Source of the DNA: a virus | Lineage: Duplodnaviria; Heunggongvirae; Uroviricota; Caudoviricetes | Virus record (IMG/VR): IMGVR_UViG_3300045597_000172 | DNA: 64,000 nucleotides | Reading direction: 5' to 3' (one strand) | Shown here: positions 39,965 to 49,600 of the stretch, piece by piece | Layout: each line of letters starts with the position of its first letter | How positions within the stretch are numbered: position 1 is the first letter of the stretch | Made by a program: the position numbers and the translations under genes | Notes under the pieces: model-generated | What the model was told of the DNA's origin: nothing | The model's input: only the letters and a program-made list of their open reading frames with translations | The model's database searches: none

Positions 39965-41224
39965 TCACTTTCCGCGACGTTTCGCCGCTTCAGTTCGTTT
40001 TATTGTTTGATATGGCTTAATTAAATCGTTTCGTAACTGTGTCACCTTAGTACGAAGTGCTTTCGCGCGTTGTCCGGACAATAATTCTGGCCAATACTCA
40101 GTATCAATATCTTCTGACGCAAGCATTGCGGTACTTAACGCAGTTACCAACCATAATTCATTTTGCAACTGATCAAGTTTTCGTTCTGTTCTAGTTTCAT
40201 TACTAACTACATCCGCCTGTGGACGAATTGTACTTAACAACATAAACCATCGGACCCCATCCGCAACCTTTGTTTCTGGTTTATTATCCTCGATAATATC
40301 TCGAATCGAATGGTGAGCTTCAAACTTTTGTTTAGCAGACGGTGCATTGATAATTCTTGCAACAATCTTAGCCACACACCATTGTTTCCAGTAAATTTGT
40401 TTAATTTGCTGTGTGGCAGTTGCCATATACATCAGATAACTCATCGAAAGTTCACTGTATCCAATCGTATCCAGTAATTGACCAGCTAATGGATCGTGAA
40501 TCAAATGCCGTAAACTAATTTTCATTAAATCACTCGACACATCGTCAATCTTAACCGCGTGGTCATTGGTTTTTTTAAGTTTGCGGGTAACATGCAATAC
40601 ACCGACTTGTTGTGGTTCTGGTAAATCATCAAAAAATGCTTTTGCGTCAAACGTTACTTTTTCATTTTCATCTGGATTAACGTCTTCTACGACAGTCTTA
40701 TAATCAAGTTCTTCTTCGACTTCTTCGTTTTCGGGAAGATCCTCAACGTTTTGATCTTCTGGTTCAGGTTCAGGCAACGGTACATCTTCCGGTTGCGAAT
40801 TTTTAACCGCTGCACTTTCAGTCATTGCCTGTTCGTCACCAGCCAAAGGATTAGAAAAATCATTCAGATCAAGTAGTCCTTGGTCTTCTTCGAATTTATC
40901 TTCCTCATCAACATCTTCTTGCTCGGTTTCTTGCGGTAGAGGTTCGTCTTGCGAAGATTCTGCCGTATCGGTTGGCAATTCCTGTTGTAGTACATATAAA
41001 TCTAAGTAGCACTTGCGATTAACAACTTGGACTGCATGATTACCCGGAACGTGATGTTTAAACGCCCATGCTTCAAAATTATCAATTCCACCCGGTACAT
41101 CTTTAAATGAAACTGGTTCTTGTGCCGTTAAATTATACTTTTCGCATAATTCAGCAATTTTGGGATCAAGTGGTAACGGTTGACCCATTTCATCTTCATA
41201 TTCATCGTTGATATATGCTAACAT
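39965..41224 (-). CDS. Hypothetical protein with long acidic linker
   Basis: 419 aa, D/E/P-rich middle, basic C-terminus, coupled to the upstream gene. Confidence 0.75.
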   Translation of the reverse strand: MLAYINDEYEDEMGQPLPLDPKIAELCEKYNLTAQEPVSFKDVPGGIDNFEAWAFKHHVPGNHAVQVVNRKCYLDLYVLQQELPTDTAESSQDEPLPQETEQEDVDEEDKFEEDQGLLDLNDFSNPLAGDEQAMTESAAVKNSQPEDVPLPEPEPEDQNVEDLPENEEVEEELDYKTVVEDVNPDENEKVTFDAKAFFDDLPEPQQVGVLHVTRKLKKTNDHAVKIDDVSSDLMKISLRHLIHDPLAGQLLDTIGYSELSMSYLMYMATATQQIKQIYWKQWCVAKIVARIINAPSAKQKFEAHHSIRDIIEDNKPETKVADGVRWFMLLSTIRPQADVVSNETRTERKLDQLQNELWLVTALSTAMLASEDIDTEYWPELLSGQRAKALRTKVTQLRNDLIKPYQTIKRTEAAKRRGK

Positions 41225-41225
41225 T

Positions 41226-41849
41226 TTAAACTAACCTCCATACCCAGACTGCAATCGCGAAAACGCCCGCCGCAGCGAACGTTCCCGTCAAAATTATTTC
41301 AAAGTTGCTTCCGACTTCATAGCCACGTCCCCACCAATGACGAATTGGAATCTTTCTATTATCCCGTTTACGCCAGCGAACTGGCTTTCGTAACAAGACG
41401 TTATGATGATAATATGACCATCTATCAAACTTTGTAAATGGCGCTAACCATCGGATTCCGGCACGTGACCAGCTATCTTCCAGTAAGTGTAAAAAATAAC
41501 CAATACTTAAACCAAACCAAATGCAAAACGAAACATGTGTCAGTGGCTGTTTAAATGCGTCGTATCCAAAAAGATAATTACCCAACATGTACATCCCAAA
41601 CGTGAATAAACCCCAACCTAACAAACTATGCGTGATGCCGCGATGATTGAACAGTTTATAAAACGGAATCCCTAAACGTCGACTAATCACCGAATTAGGA
41701 TGATCCACATCCGGTAATAATGCACCAATCGTCGTTGCGCTTAATACGACAATACCAGTTGTTAAGTGCGCCATGCTTGCATTTTGAGACCAAACTAGAC
41801 CTGCCGCCGCAAGCGAGCAACTTGAAATTTGATGATCGGTAGAGTTCAT
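41226..41849 (-). CDS. Membrane-bound metal-dependent hydrolase (YdjM/DUF457-like)
   Basis: HQISS, LLPDVDHP, HRGITHS, HLLEDSWS. ATG 41849. Confidence 0.85.
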   Translation of the reverse strand: MNSTDHQISSCSLAAAGLVWSQNASMAHLTTGIVVLSATTIGALLPDVDHPNSVISRRLGIPFYKLFNHRGITHSLLGWGLFTFGMYMLGNYLFGYDAFKQPLTHVSFCIWFGLSIGYFLHLLEDSWSRAGIRWLAPFTKFDRWSYYHHNVLLRKPVRWRKRDNRKIPIRHWWGRGYEVGSNFEIILTGTFAAAGVFAIAVWVWRLV

Positions 41850-41854
41850 AATCT

Positions 41855-43936
41855 CTACCCCCAATCGGTTACTTTAAATCCCCAATAAGTAATCTTCTTC
41901 TTATCTTTTTTGCTAACAAATGACTGCTGTTCCAAACGGCCAGCCACCATTGATTTAATACCTTTTTTCATCACTGGGATTTTAATGGAATCGCCTTTTA
42001 ACAAAGCGTCTACTTCAGCGTCTTCGAAACGATGACCCATGAAGTTTTTCTTGAATGAAATTTCTGCACCACCTTTAAATTTACCGTGGAACTTCGCTTG
42101 CTGATTAGCAGATTTCGGTGGTAACTTACCTTTCAAATACGAATCTTTATCTAACTGTTGTGCATTCTGTTCCATTTTTTGAGAATCTTTCTTGATAATC
42201 ATGTTAACGGCTTTATAGATATTAACTAACGGGATCTTGGCATCGCCAACTTCTTTCGTCATATCTGTTAACTGCTTCGTTACTTTAGGTGTCGAAAGCA
42301 TTGTGCCTTGCAGCATTGCTCCTGCTAAGAATCCATCTGGTGATAATTTTAATTCATTTTTGGTTTCTTTCATGACCGCCTTTTTGCCTTCTGATAACTC
42401 AGCTAAAGTCGACATCCGAGTTGCACCAGTACCGACATCATGTTTTGTTAAAAACGTCAAAATGAATCTACGTGATGGTTTTTGCGGTGGTGTCGTTTGC
42501 GAAACATTTACTTCTGGTTTAGCCTGCTTACCAAACTGAGAAACGTCATCTTCATCTTTTTTAGCTTTGGTCGATAGATCCATTCCTTTTAGAATTTCTT
42601 TAAAGCCCATTTTTGCTGGAACGTTTTTAGTCGCGGTGAACTTTGGATAATCCGTTACAAATGCCGTTGTATTATCGTATTCGTAATCTGGCGCTAACGT
42701 AGCCAAATACGACTTAGCTAAGACTTGATAAATTTCAGCACCGATCTTACCAAACTGGTTTTCTAGTTCTGCTAACGAATTTGGAACTGTTAATCCGGGA
42801 CGGTTAGCACCATGAGAAAGTGGTTTATGCGATACATACGGCGCACGGGCATTTCGCTGAACTAACAATTTCTTATCAACGCCCACAACATCCGCAATTG
42901 TATCGGCTAAATTAATTAACTGATTCCATTGCTCCTCGGTCATGGCACGATCTTCAGTACGTGGGTATGAAAGATAACCCGCTTCATACATCTTTTGATA
43001 AGTCGAAACAATTGTTTTCAGTGGAACGCGTGTTTTGGCCAGTACAACACCGACTTGAGCAAAATCCAGTAACTTCGGTGCTTTAGTGCTTTTACGTTTC
43101 GTTGCTGAAACTGTAATTCCTGACGGACGTAACTGCATCATATCATTTTCTGCTAAATCCCGTGTATCGTGTTTCGGTAAATCTTTGTTAATGAATTTCG
43201 TACCGTTTTCGTCTAAAAAGATTGCTTGAAACTGATCAGAAATTACAAACGTATCACGTGCTCTGGTTTGTTCATAGATCGTTTCTACAATTGTTGACTT
43301 CAAGCGGCCGGGTCGAACCACTACGTCATAGCTCTGCTCACGAGCATACTTTGTGGCCAAACGAGATAATTGCATTGTTGCATAGTCAAATTGTTCTCGT
43401 GCTAATCCACGTTGATAAATCCCGTTTTTGTTTTCATCACTAACATCTTCTAAATTTTTGAGCGCTTTACGAATTGATGTTGGTTCTTCATCCGCAAAAC
43501 GACAACGTAGAATCTTTTTCTTCCACCCGATTGCATTTAAGACTTCATGTCCTAAGACATCACCTTCACCAGATGGATCATTATCGGTTGCAATCACGAT
43601 CGTGTCATAATTTCGTGACATTGCCTTAATTGCATCAACATCTTTTTTAGTTGTCGTCATCCGTTTCGTTCGCATATCTTTTGTTTTAAGATATGTTTTT
43701 TCCCATTTGAATCGTTCTAATTTCCATGGAATAGTCGAAGTATCAGACCAATTCTTAACACGGTCTTGGAAATTGATATCATCAATTTGTTTTTCTGGTG
43801 CAGCTAACGACAGCAAATGCCCGTGTAAACACGTCAAGGCATAATCAAAGTTGTCGAAATGACCAGTATTACCGCCTAGCGCATTACTGAACTTCTTTAA
43901 CGCACTATGCTTTTCGTTGATAATTAAATATCGCAT
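41855..43936 (-). CDS. topB: Type IA DNA topoisomerase (TopB-like, plasmid type)
   Basis: Toprim IINEK...IATDNDPSGEG, GRLKS, active site LSYPRT, VGTGATR. Confidence 0.85.
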   Translation of the reverse strand: MRYLIINEKHSALKKFSNALGGNTGHFDNFDYALTCLHGHLLSLAAPEKQIDDINFQDRVKNWSDTSTIPWKLERFKWEKTYLKTKDMRTKRMTTTKKDVDAIKAMSRNYDTIVIATDNDPSGEGDVLGHEVLNAIGWKKKILRCRFADEEPTSIRKALKNLEDVSDENKNGIYQRGLAREQFDYATMQLSRLATKYAREQSYDVVVRPGRLKSTIVETIYEQTRARDTFVISDQFQAIFLDENGTKFINKDLPKHDTRDLAENDMMQLRPSGITVSATKRKSTKAPKLLDFAQVGVVLAKTRVPLKTIVSTYQKMYEAGYLSYPRTEDRAMTEEQWNQLINLADTIADVVGVDKKLLVQRNARAPYVSHKPLSHGANRPGLTVPNSLAELENQFGKIGAEIYQVLAKSYLATLAPDYEYDNTTAFVTDYPKFTATKNVPAKMGFKEILKGMDLSTKAKKDEDDVSQFGKQAKPEVNVSQTTPPQKPSRRFILTFLTKHDVGTGATRMSTLAELSEGKKAVMKETKNELKLSPDGFLAGAMLQGTMLSTPKVTKQLTDMTKEVGDAKIPLVNIYKAVNMIIKKDSQKMEQNAQQLDKDSYLKGKLPPKSANQQAKFHGKFKGGAEISFKKNFMGHRFEDAEVDALLKGDSIKIPVMKKGIKSMVAGRLEQQSFVSKKDKKKITYWGFKVTDWG

Positions 43937-44037
43937 ATTAAACCAGCTCTCTTTTAGTCATTTACCAGTTGTTACTTTACTGGTATTCCTTGTAATAATA
44001 TCATGAATTACCGCATTTTGTCGAACATTGATTAGTT

Positions 44038-45190
44038 AATATAAAAATGAGGTAAATTACTCTTTTATTATTAAACTAAATCTGAAAATTCACTGGGAGA
44101 AATCACAGCCAAGTCACCCGCCTCGAAAGTTTCTTGAAGCTGACGTTACTGGCAATCAAAAAACGATAATTTCCCAGCTAACCAATTGATCCGACTATGC
44201 GGATCAGAAAAAGGCGCTCGTTACGATTGCTGTTCCGGTTTTTATCAGCAATTTTTCCATTCGTGATTATTTCAAATTCATGTACATTTTGATAAAGATG
44301 CTTTTTTAGTAAGTCGCTAATAGTGTGTGCCAACGTGGCACTAGCTGGTATTTTCTTCCACGGTTAACTGTCGCGTGGACGTGACGTTTTCTCCGTGGTT
44401 TGTCTTCCGCTTAACTGGCCGCTTTCAACTTGGTCGAGTTGGCTAGTTGTCGTTTCGTTACCGTGGTGTTAATCTTCAACGTTTACGCTTCGTTTTCCAT
44501 CATGGTTTTTTCGTTGGTTTCCGCCTTGAATGTCGGTTAATTAATTGTCCGCTTAGTCTTGACACAGGTTTTACCGTGGTCATTACCTCTCGCTACGTAA
44601 AACAAATCCATAAACCATATTAAATATAAAAACGAGGTAAATAACTCTATTTCTAAACTAAGCAAAATTTGCTCGTTGGTCGGACGGCTGCTGAACCGAA
44701 TCCTGCAAAAGGTCCTCATATTCTGCCAATTTAATGCTTTTCCACACTTGAAAAATGATAATTTCCCAGCTAACCAATTGATCCGACTACGGACCTCGAA
44801 TAGCCAATCGTTACGTAACCGTTTAGTATTATGTATCGTAGTTATTTGCGTAATTTAAGTATTGTCTTCGTTTAGTAACTCGTTTAGATTTTTCATCACG
44901 GATAACGTTCCGTGTTTTATCGAAGTATTTTCGAGTTGGCTGTTTCGTTTGCCATCACGGTTTCTCCGTGGTTGGTCTTCTCGTTACCGTGGTGTCACTT
45001 GTCCAGTTGGACTTTCCGTGGTTATTACGTTTACGAGTTGGTTTCGCTTCGACTTGTCACGTTGACGTGGTGGTCTAGTTACGCCGGCTGAGTAATATTT
45101 CCAACGTGTTTATCTTTCCGTGGTCGTCACGATTTCGAGTTGGTTTCGGTATTATTACTATCACGTTGACGTTTCGCCAAGTTGGATAGC
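44038..45190. repeat. Diverged ~590-bp tandem duplication built from short CCGTGGT, GAGTTGG and CACG-CGTG motifs
   Basis: Header AATATAAAAA(T/C)GAGGTAAAT at 44038 and 44623. Identical 33-mer at 44165-44197 and 44757-44789. Seven CCGTGGT on + strand. ~102-bp sub-repeat at 45016 and 45118. Confidence 0.8.
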
Positions 45191-45254
45191 ATCCCGATTA
45201 GGACTTAATACTGCAATGCCGATTCAAGATCATATTTCAATAACGTTAAGTCAA

Positions 45255-45722
45255 ACCCGTGTCGGCGCCAAATAAGGGGCGCCTTATCAGTCCTATCGGA
45301 CTGTCCAAACCCCAACCCGGCGCAATTACCATTGCGCACCGTCACGTAAACCATGCCGGTCACGTCAAGGTCAAGCCCCGAAACCCAAATGCAAGCCCGC
45401 CGTGTATTCCCCTTACGGGGCACGGCCCCGTTTTTTTGATGACGTAGTGTTGATGAACGTTACCCCACCTGCGTTCGGTGATGGACAGAGATGCTCAATG
45501 TTTTATAAAGCCTTGTGTATCGCAACTGCACAGAAATGGTCTGACTTTTCTTTGATTTTCTCCCTTTCATAATTTTTCGTGACAAAATCGGTTCGCATCC
45601 CTATGCGTAGGACCGGTTTGTCGAATTTCGTTCAGAGTGCCTTTTGGCGCGAATTGAAATGTCATGGCATACTGTATAGGAGTATACCGTGCTGAACCTC
45701 GCTACGGCGGGGTTCTTTTTTT
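45255..45722. other. GC-rich cluster of inverted repeats; candidate oriT or single-strand initiation site
   Basis: Hairpins CAGTCC/GGACTG, GCGCAAT/ATTGCGC, CCGTG/CACGG, long stem 45581-45623, terminator 45694-45722. Confidence 0.45.
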
Positions 45723-45729
45723 ATCGAGA

Positions 45730-45761
45730 AGACAAACGGAGCACAGCTCCGTTTTTTAGTT
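45730..45761 (+). repeat. Repeated hairpin element, copy 1
   Basis: AGACAAACGGAGCACAGCTCCGTTTTTTAGTT. Confidence 0.85.
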
Positions 45762-45798
45762 GGCGTTGCAAATTTAAAATAAAAGGGAGATTTTCGTT

Positions 45799-46149
45799 AT
45801 GTTAAAAATTACAGAAAAATTTGAAAAAAGACTTGAGGAACTTCGTAAAGAAACTTTACGTAAAAGGATTCAATGGGCGTTTGATACGTTATGGTACGAT
45901 TCATCGATTCCAGATTTCGGAACGGCTGCCTTACAAAAAGCCTGCGACTTAATTGCGCCTACTGATTCGGATAGCAACACCATCTTACAAGCTAAAGGTT
46001 TACTAATCGCTGGACTTGCCGGCGATATCTTCTATCGCAATTCTGACGAAAATGACATTGCAAAACTTGAAATTAATGCGTGTGTCTTTCCAGATAGCAG
46101 TCGTATAAAAATTTCTAATTTGATTAAAAAACAAAAATTGGAGGGTTAA
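45799..46149 (+). CDS. Hypothetical protein
   Basis: 116 aa, AAGGGAG SD. Confidence 0.7.
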   Translation: MLKITEKFEKRLEELRKETLRKRIQWAFDTLWYDSSIPDFGTAALQKACDLIAPTDSDSNTILQAKGLLIAGLAGDIFYRNSDENDIAKLEINACVFPDSSRIKISNLIKKQKLEG

Positions 46150-46151
46150 TT

Positions 46152-46544
46152 ATGAAAATTTCAATCCACGTTGAATTGAAAACTAAATTTGTACATGCTG
46201 ATGAATTAAACCTACGTAAACAAGGATATTCAGAAGCTATCGACTATCATAAAATTGATATTGATGTTAATCATCGTGAATCAACTCTCGTTAATGACTT
46301 AATCCATGAACTCAATGGTACATCAAGCCGGCTTTTGATAGATTGCATGCCTGTTGCCCTAGATGACGCCGGCCATGACATCATGCTAATTGATATTTAC
46401 GATACTGAAGTTCGTTCGATTGAAGCTGTCAAACAGATTTTTAACAAATACGCCAATAAGTTATGTGACGATTCACAACTACATTTTGAATCACGCACGG
46501 AAACCGAAGAGTTTCAATTATTGGTTACACAAAAAATTAATTAG
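46152..46544 (+). CDS. Hypothetical protein
   Basis: 130 aa, GGAGG SD. Confidence 0.7.
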   Translation: MKISIHVELKTKFVHADELNLRKQGYSEAIDYHKIDIDVNHRESTLVNDLIHELNGTSSRLLIDCMPVALDDAGHDIMLIDIYDTEVRSIEAVKQIFNKYANKLCDDSQLHFESRTETEEFQLLVTQKIN

Positions 46545-46555
46545 GAGGAATATTT

Positions 46556-47293
46556 ATGAATTGGGTAAAAGGATTAGTAAATCAAATTGAAAACGAACAG
46601 ATGGACGCTGTGCAACTCTGGCAGTTACTCAGACAGCAAAACCACAAAGCATTCGGACAGCATGTCGATAAACATACTGATTCAATTGCATTTGGTGATA
46701 AATACAATTGTGGCTATGCTAATTTTGAACACGAAACCGGAAAGTTGATTATTCATGAATATTCACCATACTGGAATCCCGGTGAAGACGTTGCCGAACT
46801 TTACAAATATCAAAATCCGTCTGATATTTACCGTCGAATTAACTTTTTGCCGCGTCGCTTATGGACAAAATATCAAGATATGCGTGGCGCATTACTACCA
46901 GTTTGCGATTTGTTTATCAACCACGACACCGTTGATATGGATTATGATGCTAAACCTGATTATACTCGTGCAACATATCGAATCGACCCCGATACGTATG
47001 CTATCCGCAATATCGATGCAATTTACACTGCTGAATCAATTGACGACGAAGTTTTAAATGAGGTGCTAAACATGTATAACAACATGAAAGCCGTCACTGT
47101 TAAATTGTCATTAAAACAAGCACGACAAATTATTGAAAATTGGACTGTTAATTTTGGAAATCACAAATTGATTTTGCTGTCTATTCCCAGTGGAACAGAT
47201 GACCCGAACGGTGGTGCTTTTCCATATTTGATAGAAAAAACACTAAATTATCGTTATGAAAAAATTCATGAAAATGATGAAGACGATTGCTAA
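46556..47293 (+). CDS. Hypothetical protein (N-terminus paralogous to 47306)
   Basis: QLWQLL...IAFGD...ANF...LIIHEYSP. Confidence 0.75.
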   Translation: MNWVKGLVNQIENEQMDAVQLWQLLRQQNHKAFGQHVDKHTDSIAFGDKYNCGYANFEHETGKLIIHEYSPYWNPGEDVAELYKYQNPSDIYRRINFLPRRLWTKYQDMRGALLPVCDLFINHDTVDMDYDAKPDYTRATYRIDPDTYAIRNIDAIYTAESIDDEVLNEVLNMYNNMKAVTVKLSLKQARQIIENWTVNFGNHKLILLSIPSGTDDPNGGAFPYLIEKTLNYRYEKIHENDEDDC

Positions 47294-47305
47294 TTAAATA
47301 AAGGA

Positions 47306-47605
47306 GTGTTTAATTTGGATTTAATTACGAAGTTTTATCGCAAACTGCACATGGAAAACTTAGAAGGTCAAGAACTCTGGCAGCAACTCAAAAAGAATAA
47401 TGTTCAGGCTGTTTGGAATAAAACGGCCACCGATAACGTCATCGGATTTGGAGATGATATTAATACGGCTTTTGCTGATTTCAATGAGTCAGACCAATTA
47501 ATTGTCCACGAAAGTTCACCAGAATTTTGCAAAGGTATCAACTTTAAGCAATTTTGTCGTGATAATGAATTTGGTGAAAATTGTCGTTGGCTCAATCGCA
47601 AATAA
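47306..47605 (+). CDS. Hypothetical protein (short paralog of 46556)
   Basis: ELWQQL...IGFGD...ADF...LIVHESSP. Confidence 0.7.
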   Translation: MFNLDLITKFYRKLHMENLEGQELWQQLKKNNVQAVWNKTATDNVIGFGDDINTAFADFNESDQLIVHESSPEFCKGINFKQFCRDNEFGENCRWLNRK

Positions 47606-47621
47606 TTACGTTATCTTATCT

Positions 47622-47647
47622 AAACCCTGACTTCTGTCAGGGTTTTT
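47622..47647 (+). terminator. Intrinsic terminator
   Basis: AAACCCTGAC/GTCAGGGTTT plus T run. Confidence 0.75.
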
Positions 47648-47666
47648 ATTTTAAATATTTTCACAC

Positions 47667-47698
47667 AGACAAACGGAGCACAGCTCCGTTTTTTAGTT
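47667..47698 (+). repeat. Repeated hairpin element, copy 2
   Basis: 32/32 identical to 45730-45761. Confidence 0.85.
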
Positions 47699-47736
47699 CG
47701 TGTTGTTACTTTTACGAATATGAGGAGGAAATCGCG

Positions 47737-47988
47737 ATGAATAATAAAGTTCCGGAACACGAAACGTATGTCTTGCCGGGTACGAATATCGTTATCAAAG
47801 ATGCATACGTTAAGCAAATTGTTGAGTCGTTTCATGTTAAGCATGATGGTTTGTTTGTGTGCGGTAACCATTACGTAACCGTACAGGGTCGTTTGGTTCA
47901 TGTGCATGATGCAGAGTTTTTCGTGAAGACTGCGACGGGTTTTCGGCACGTTTTCGAACCGGGGTTCGATTATTCATGGATTTTTTAG
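47737..47988 (+). CDS. Small hypothetical protein
   Basis: ATG 47737 follows GAGGAGG. Confidence 0.7.
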   Translation: MNNKVPEHETYVLPGTNIVIKDAYVKQIVESFHVKHDGLFVCGNHYVTVQGRLVHVHDAEFFVKTATGFRHVFEPGFDYSWIF

Positions 47989-48054
47989 TTGCCGAATGAG
48001 TAATCTCACGTTTTTGGAGATTTGGATTTGTTGAATATAGAAAGGATGAAGAAT

Positions 48055-48333
48055 ATGCGTAATGTTAATCAGGTTAAGAATGCAGTTGTGGGGATGTGGC
48101 GAATTTGTATTGCGCTCGTTTTGGTTGTTGTGACGAGTCCCATCTTTTGGTTGATTGATTATGATAAATTGATCCTGTTTGTAAAACGTTACGGGATTGA
48201 TGTCATGGCAGTGCTCAGTGTTTTACTGGGAAGCTGGATGTACTTAGATACTCACCCGGTACGTGGATTGCTCTTCGCAGTCTTTTGCGTCTTGATGAGC
48301 ATCTTGCAGCATCCTGATGTTTATTTCGAATGA
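48055..48333 (+). CDS. Small three-TM membrane protein
   Basis: Hydrophobic, AGAAAGG SD. Confidence 0.65.
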   Translation: MRNVNQVKNAVVGMWRICIALVLVVVTSPIFWLIDYDKLILFVKRYGIDVMAVLSVLLGSWMYLDTHPVRGLLFAVFCVLMSILQHPDVYFE

Positions 48334-48334
48334 T

Positions 48335-48361
48335 AACGGAGCAAAGCTCCGTTTTTTAGTT
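48335..48361 (+). repeat. Repeated hairpin element, copy 3
   Basis: AACGGAGCAAAGCTCCGTTTTTTAGTT. Confidence 0.8.
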
Positions 48362-48406
48362 GATGTTGCGATTTCGCAATAAATAATAACCTGCGAGGTA
48401 GAAAGG

Positions 48407-48463
48407 ATGATTGAACTTTTACAATTAATCATAATCTTTATGATTATTAAAAACCTTAAATGA
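48407..48463 (+). CDS. 18-aa hydrophobic micropeptide (not in ORF track)
   Basis: MIELLQLIIIFMIIKNLK, GAGGT SD 7 nt upstream, terminator 48472-48494 directly after. Confidence 0.5.
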   Translation: MIELLQLIIIFMIIKNLK

Positions 48464-48606
48464 TAAATGCTAACCGGTCAGAGACCGGTTTTTTATTAGG
48501 TGTTGAGAAGTCAACATTTAGTTTTTGTGTTGTTGTCGTGCTTGGTTCGGTTCGAATCCGATATGGCACATTGTTTGGGGCAAATTGCCCAGAAAAGGAG
48601 AAGATC

Positions 48607-48729
48607 ATGTCAGAAAATTCAGTTGCAGTTGCGAATAAGGTTCAAGTTGTTGATGTTCACGGGGTTGTTCATTTTTTGCGTCAAGGTCAGCCGTTAGCTG
48701 ATTTAATGCGTTCAATTCGTGAAAACTAA
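48607..48729 (+). CDS. 40-aa hypothetical protein
   Basis: ATG 48607 follows AAAAGGAG. Confidence 0.55.
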   Translation: MSENSVAVANKVQVVDVHGVVHFLRQGQPLADLMRSIREN

Positions 48730-48854
48730 AGTTCAAAAAACAAATTCAAAAGATTTGCGAATCAAAGATTCGCTTTTTAGTTAGTGTTGAAGAAAAGAAG
48801 AAAATTAGATTACCTAGTCCTGTTTAGGTGAAGGATAGAAAAGGATGGTTTATC

Positions 48855-49319
48855 ATGAAGAAAGAATTTAAGGATTTAACAGCAAAAGGACAAGAGGCAC
48901 GTTTGGCAAAATACGCAGCACAAGATGCTAAGTATGGTCTTAAAGAAGGTTTGTTCCGTGTAACTCGTATGAGTCGTCACGATGACAAGACTTTTACTAA
49001 CAAAGGTGTTAAGCAAGTTGCTGCATCATTTGGATTCAACGTTGTTCCTGTTAAGGGCGTTGATGAAAAAGATTTCGAAGCTGGAAAATTTGTTTGGGTT
49101 AACCAGTTGATTAACAAAGAATCTGGTGCTGAAGTGATTGACGCTATGGAACAACTTCAAGCTGAACTCAAGAACGTTAAGAGTGTTCCTGTTTCAATCA
49201 AGTACAAGAAGAACGCTGCTGGTTACATTAACGTAAACTCATTATATCGTCGTGACAAGAAAGCTACTGCTAAGGCTACTACTGCTGCTGCAGCAACCGA
49301 TGAGAGCTTACCATATTAA
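48855..49319 (+). CDS. Probable divergent single-stranded DNA-binding protein
   Basis: Beta-rich basic core, flexible Ala/Thr linker, C-terminal DESLPY resembling the SSB DDDLPF tip, biased codon use. Confidence 0.55.
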   Translation: MKKEFKDLTAKGQEARLAKYAAQDAKYGLKEGLFRVTRMSRHDDKTFTNKGVKQVAASFGFNVVPVKGVDEKDFEAGKFVWVNQLINKESGAEVIDAMEQLQAELKNVKSVPVSIKYKKNAAGYINVNSLYRRDKKATAKATTAAAATDESLPY

Positions 49320-49345
49320 TTTGATGAATAACTTTTAAACACATT

Positions 49346-49391
49346 AACGACCTCGGTTTGAGATAATTTCTCGGATCGGGGTCGTTTTTTT
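49346..49391 (+). terminator. Intrinsic terminator
   Basis: Long stem AACGACCTCG...CGGGGTCGTT plus T run. Confidence 0.75.
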
Positions 49392-49419
49392 CAAAAATTC
49401 GAATTGGAGGAATTAAAAA

Positions 49420-49575
49420 ATGAAAACTGTTTGGGTTGCGATGTTATACGTTTCTGATACGAGTGCCGCGATGACACCCGCACATGTTCATTTTTCAAAA
49501 CAAGCAGCATCCGATGAAGTCAAAAACAGTCGTTTCGGTGGCTGGGTTGAAGAATCAAAATTAGTACAAAAATAA
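49420..49575 (+). CDS. 51-aa hypothetical protein (not in ORF track)
   Basis: MKTVWVAMLYVSD..., GGAGG SD. Confidence 0.65.
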   Translation: MKTVWVAMLYVSDTSAAMTPAHVHFSKQAASDEVKNSRFGGWVEESKLVQK

Positions 49576-49600
49576 AATTATAAAAAAGGAGATTTTTAAG

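Noticed and set aside
44870-45190. TIGR-like dual-repeat guide array (CCA-N-TG pattern on the minus strand)
   Set aside because: The would-be spacers are themselves conserved, the period is not about 36 nt, and no Nop-domain gene is present.
44038-45190. DGR template/variable repeat pair or decayed CDS
   Set aside because: No reverse transcriptase, differences are not adenine-specific, and all minus-strand frames I tried hit stops.
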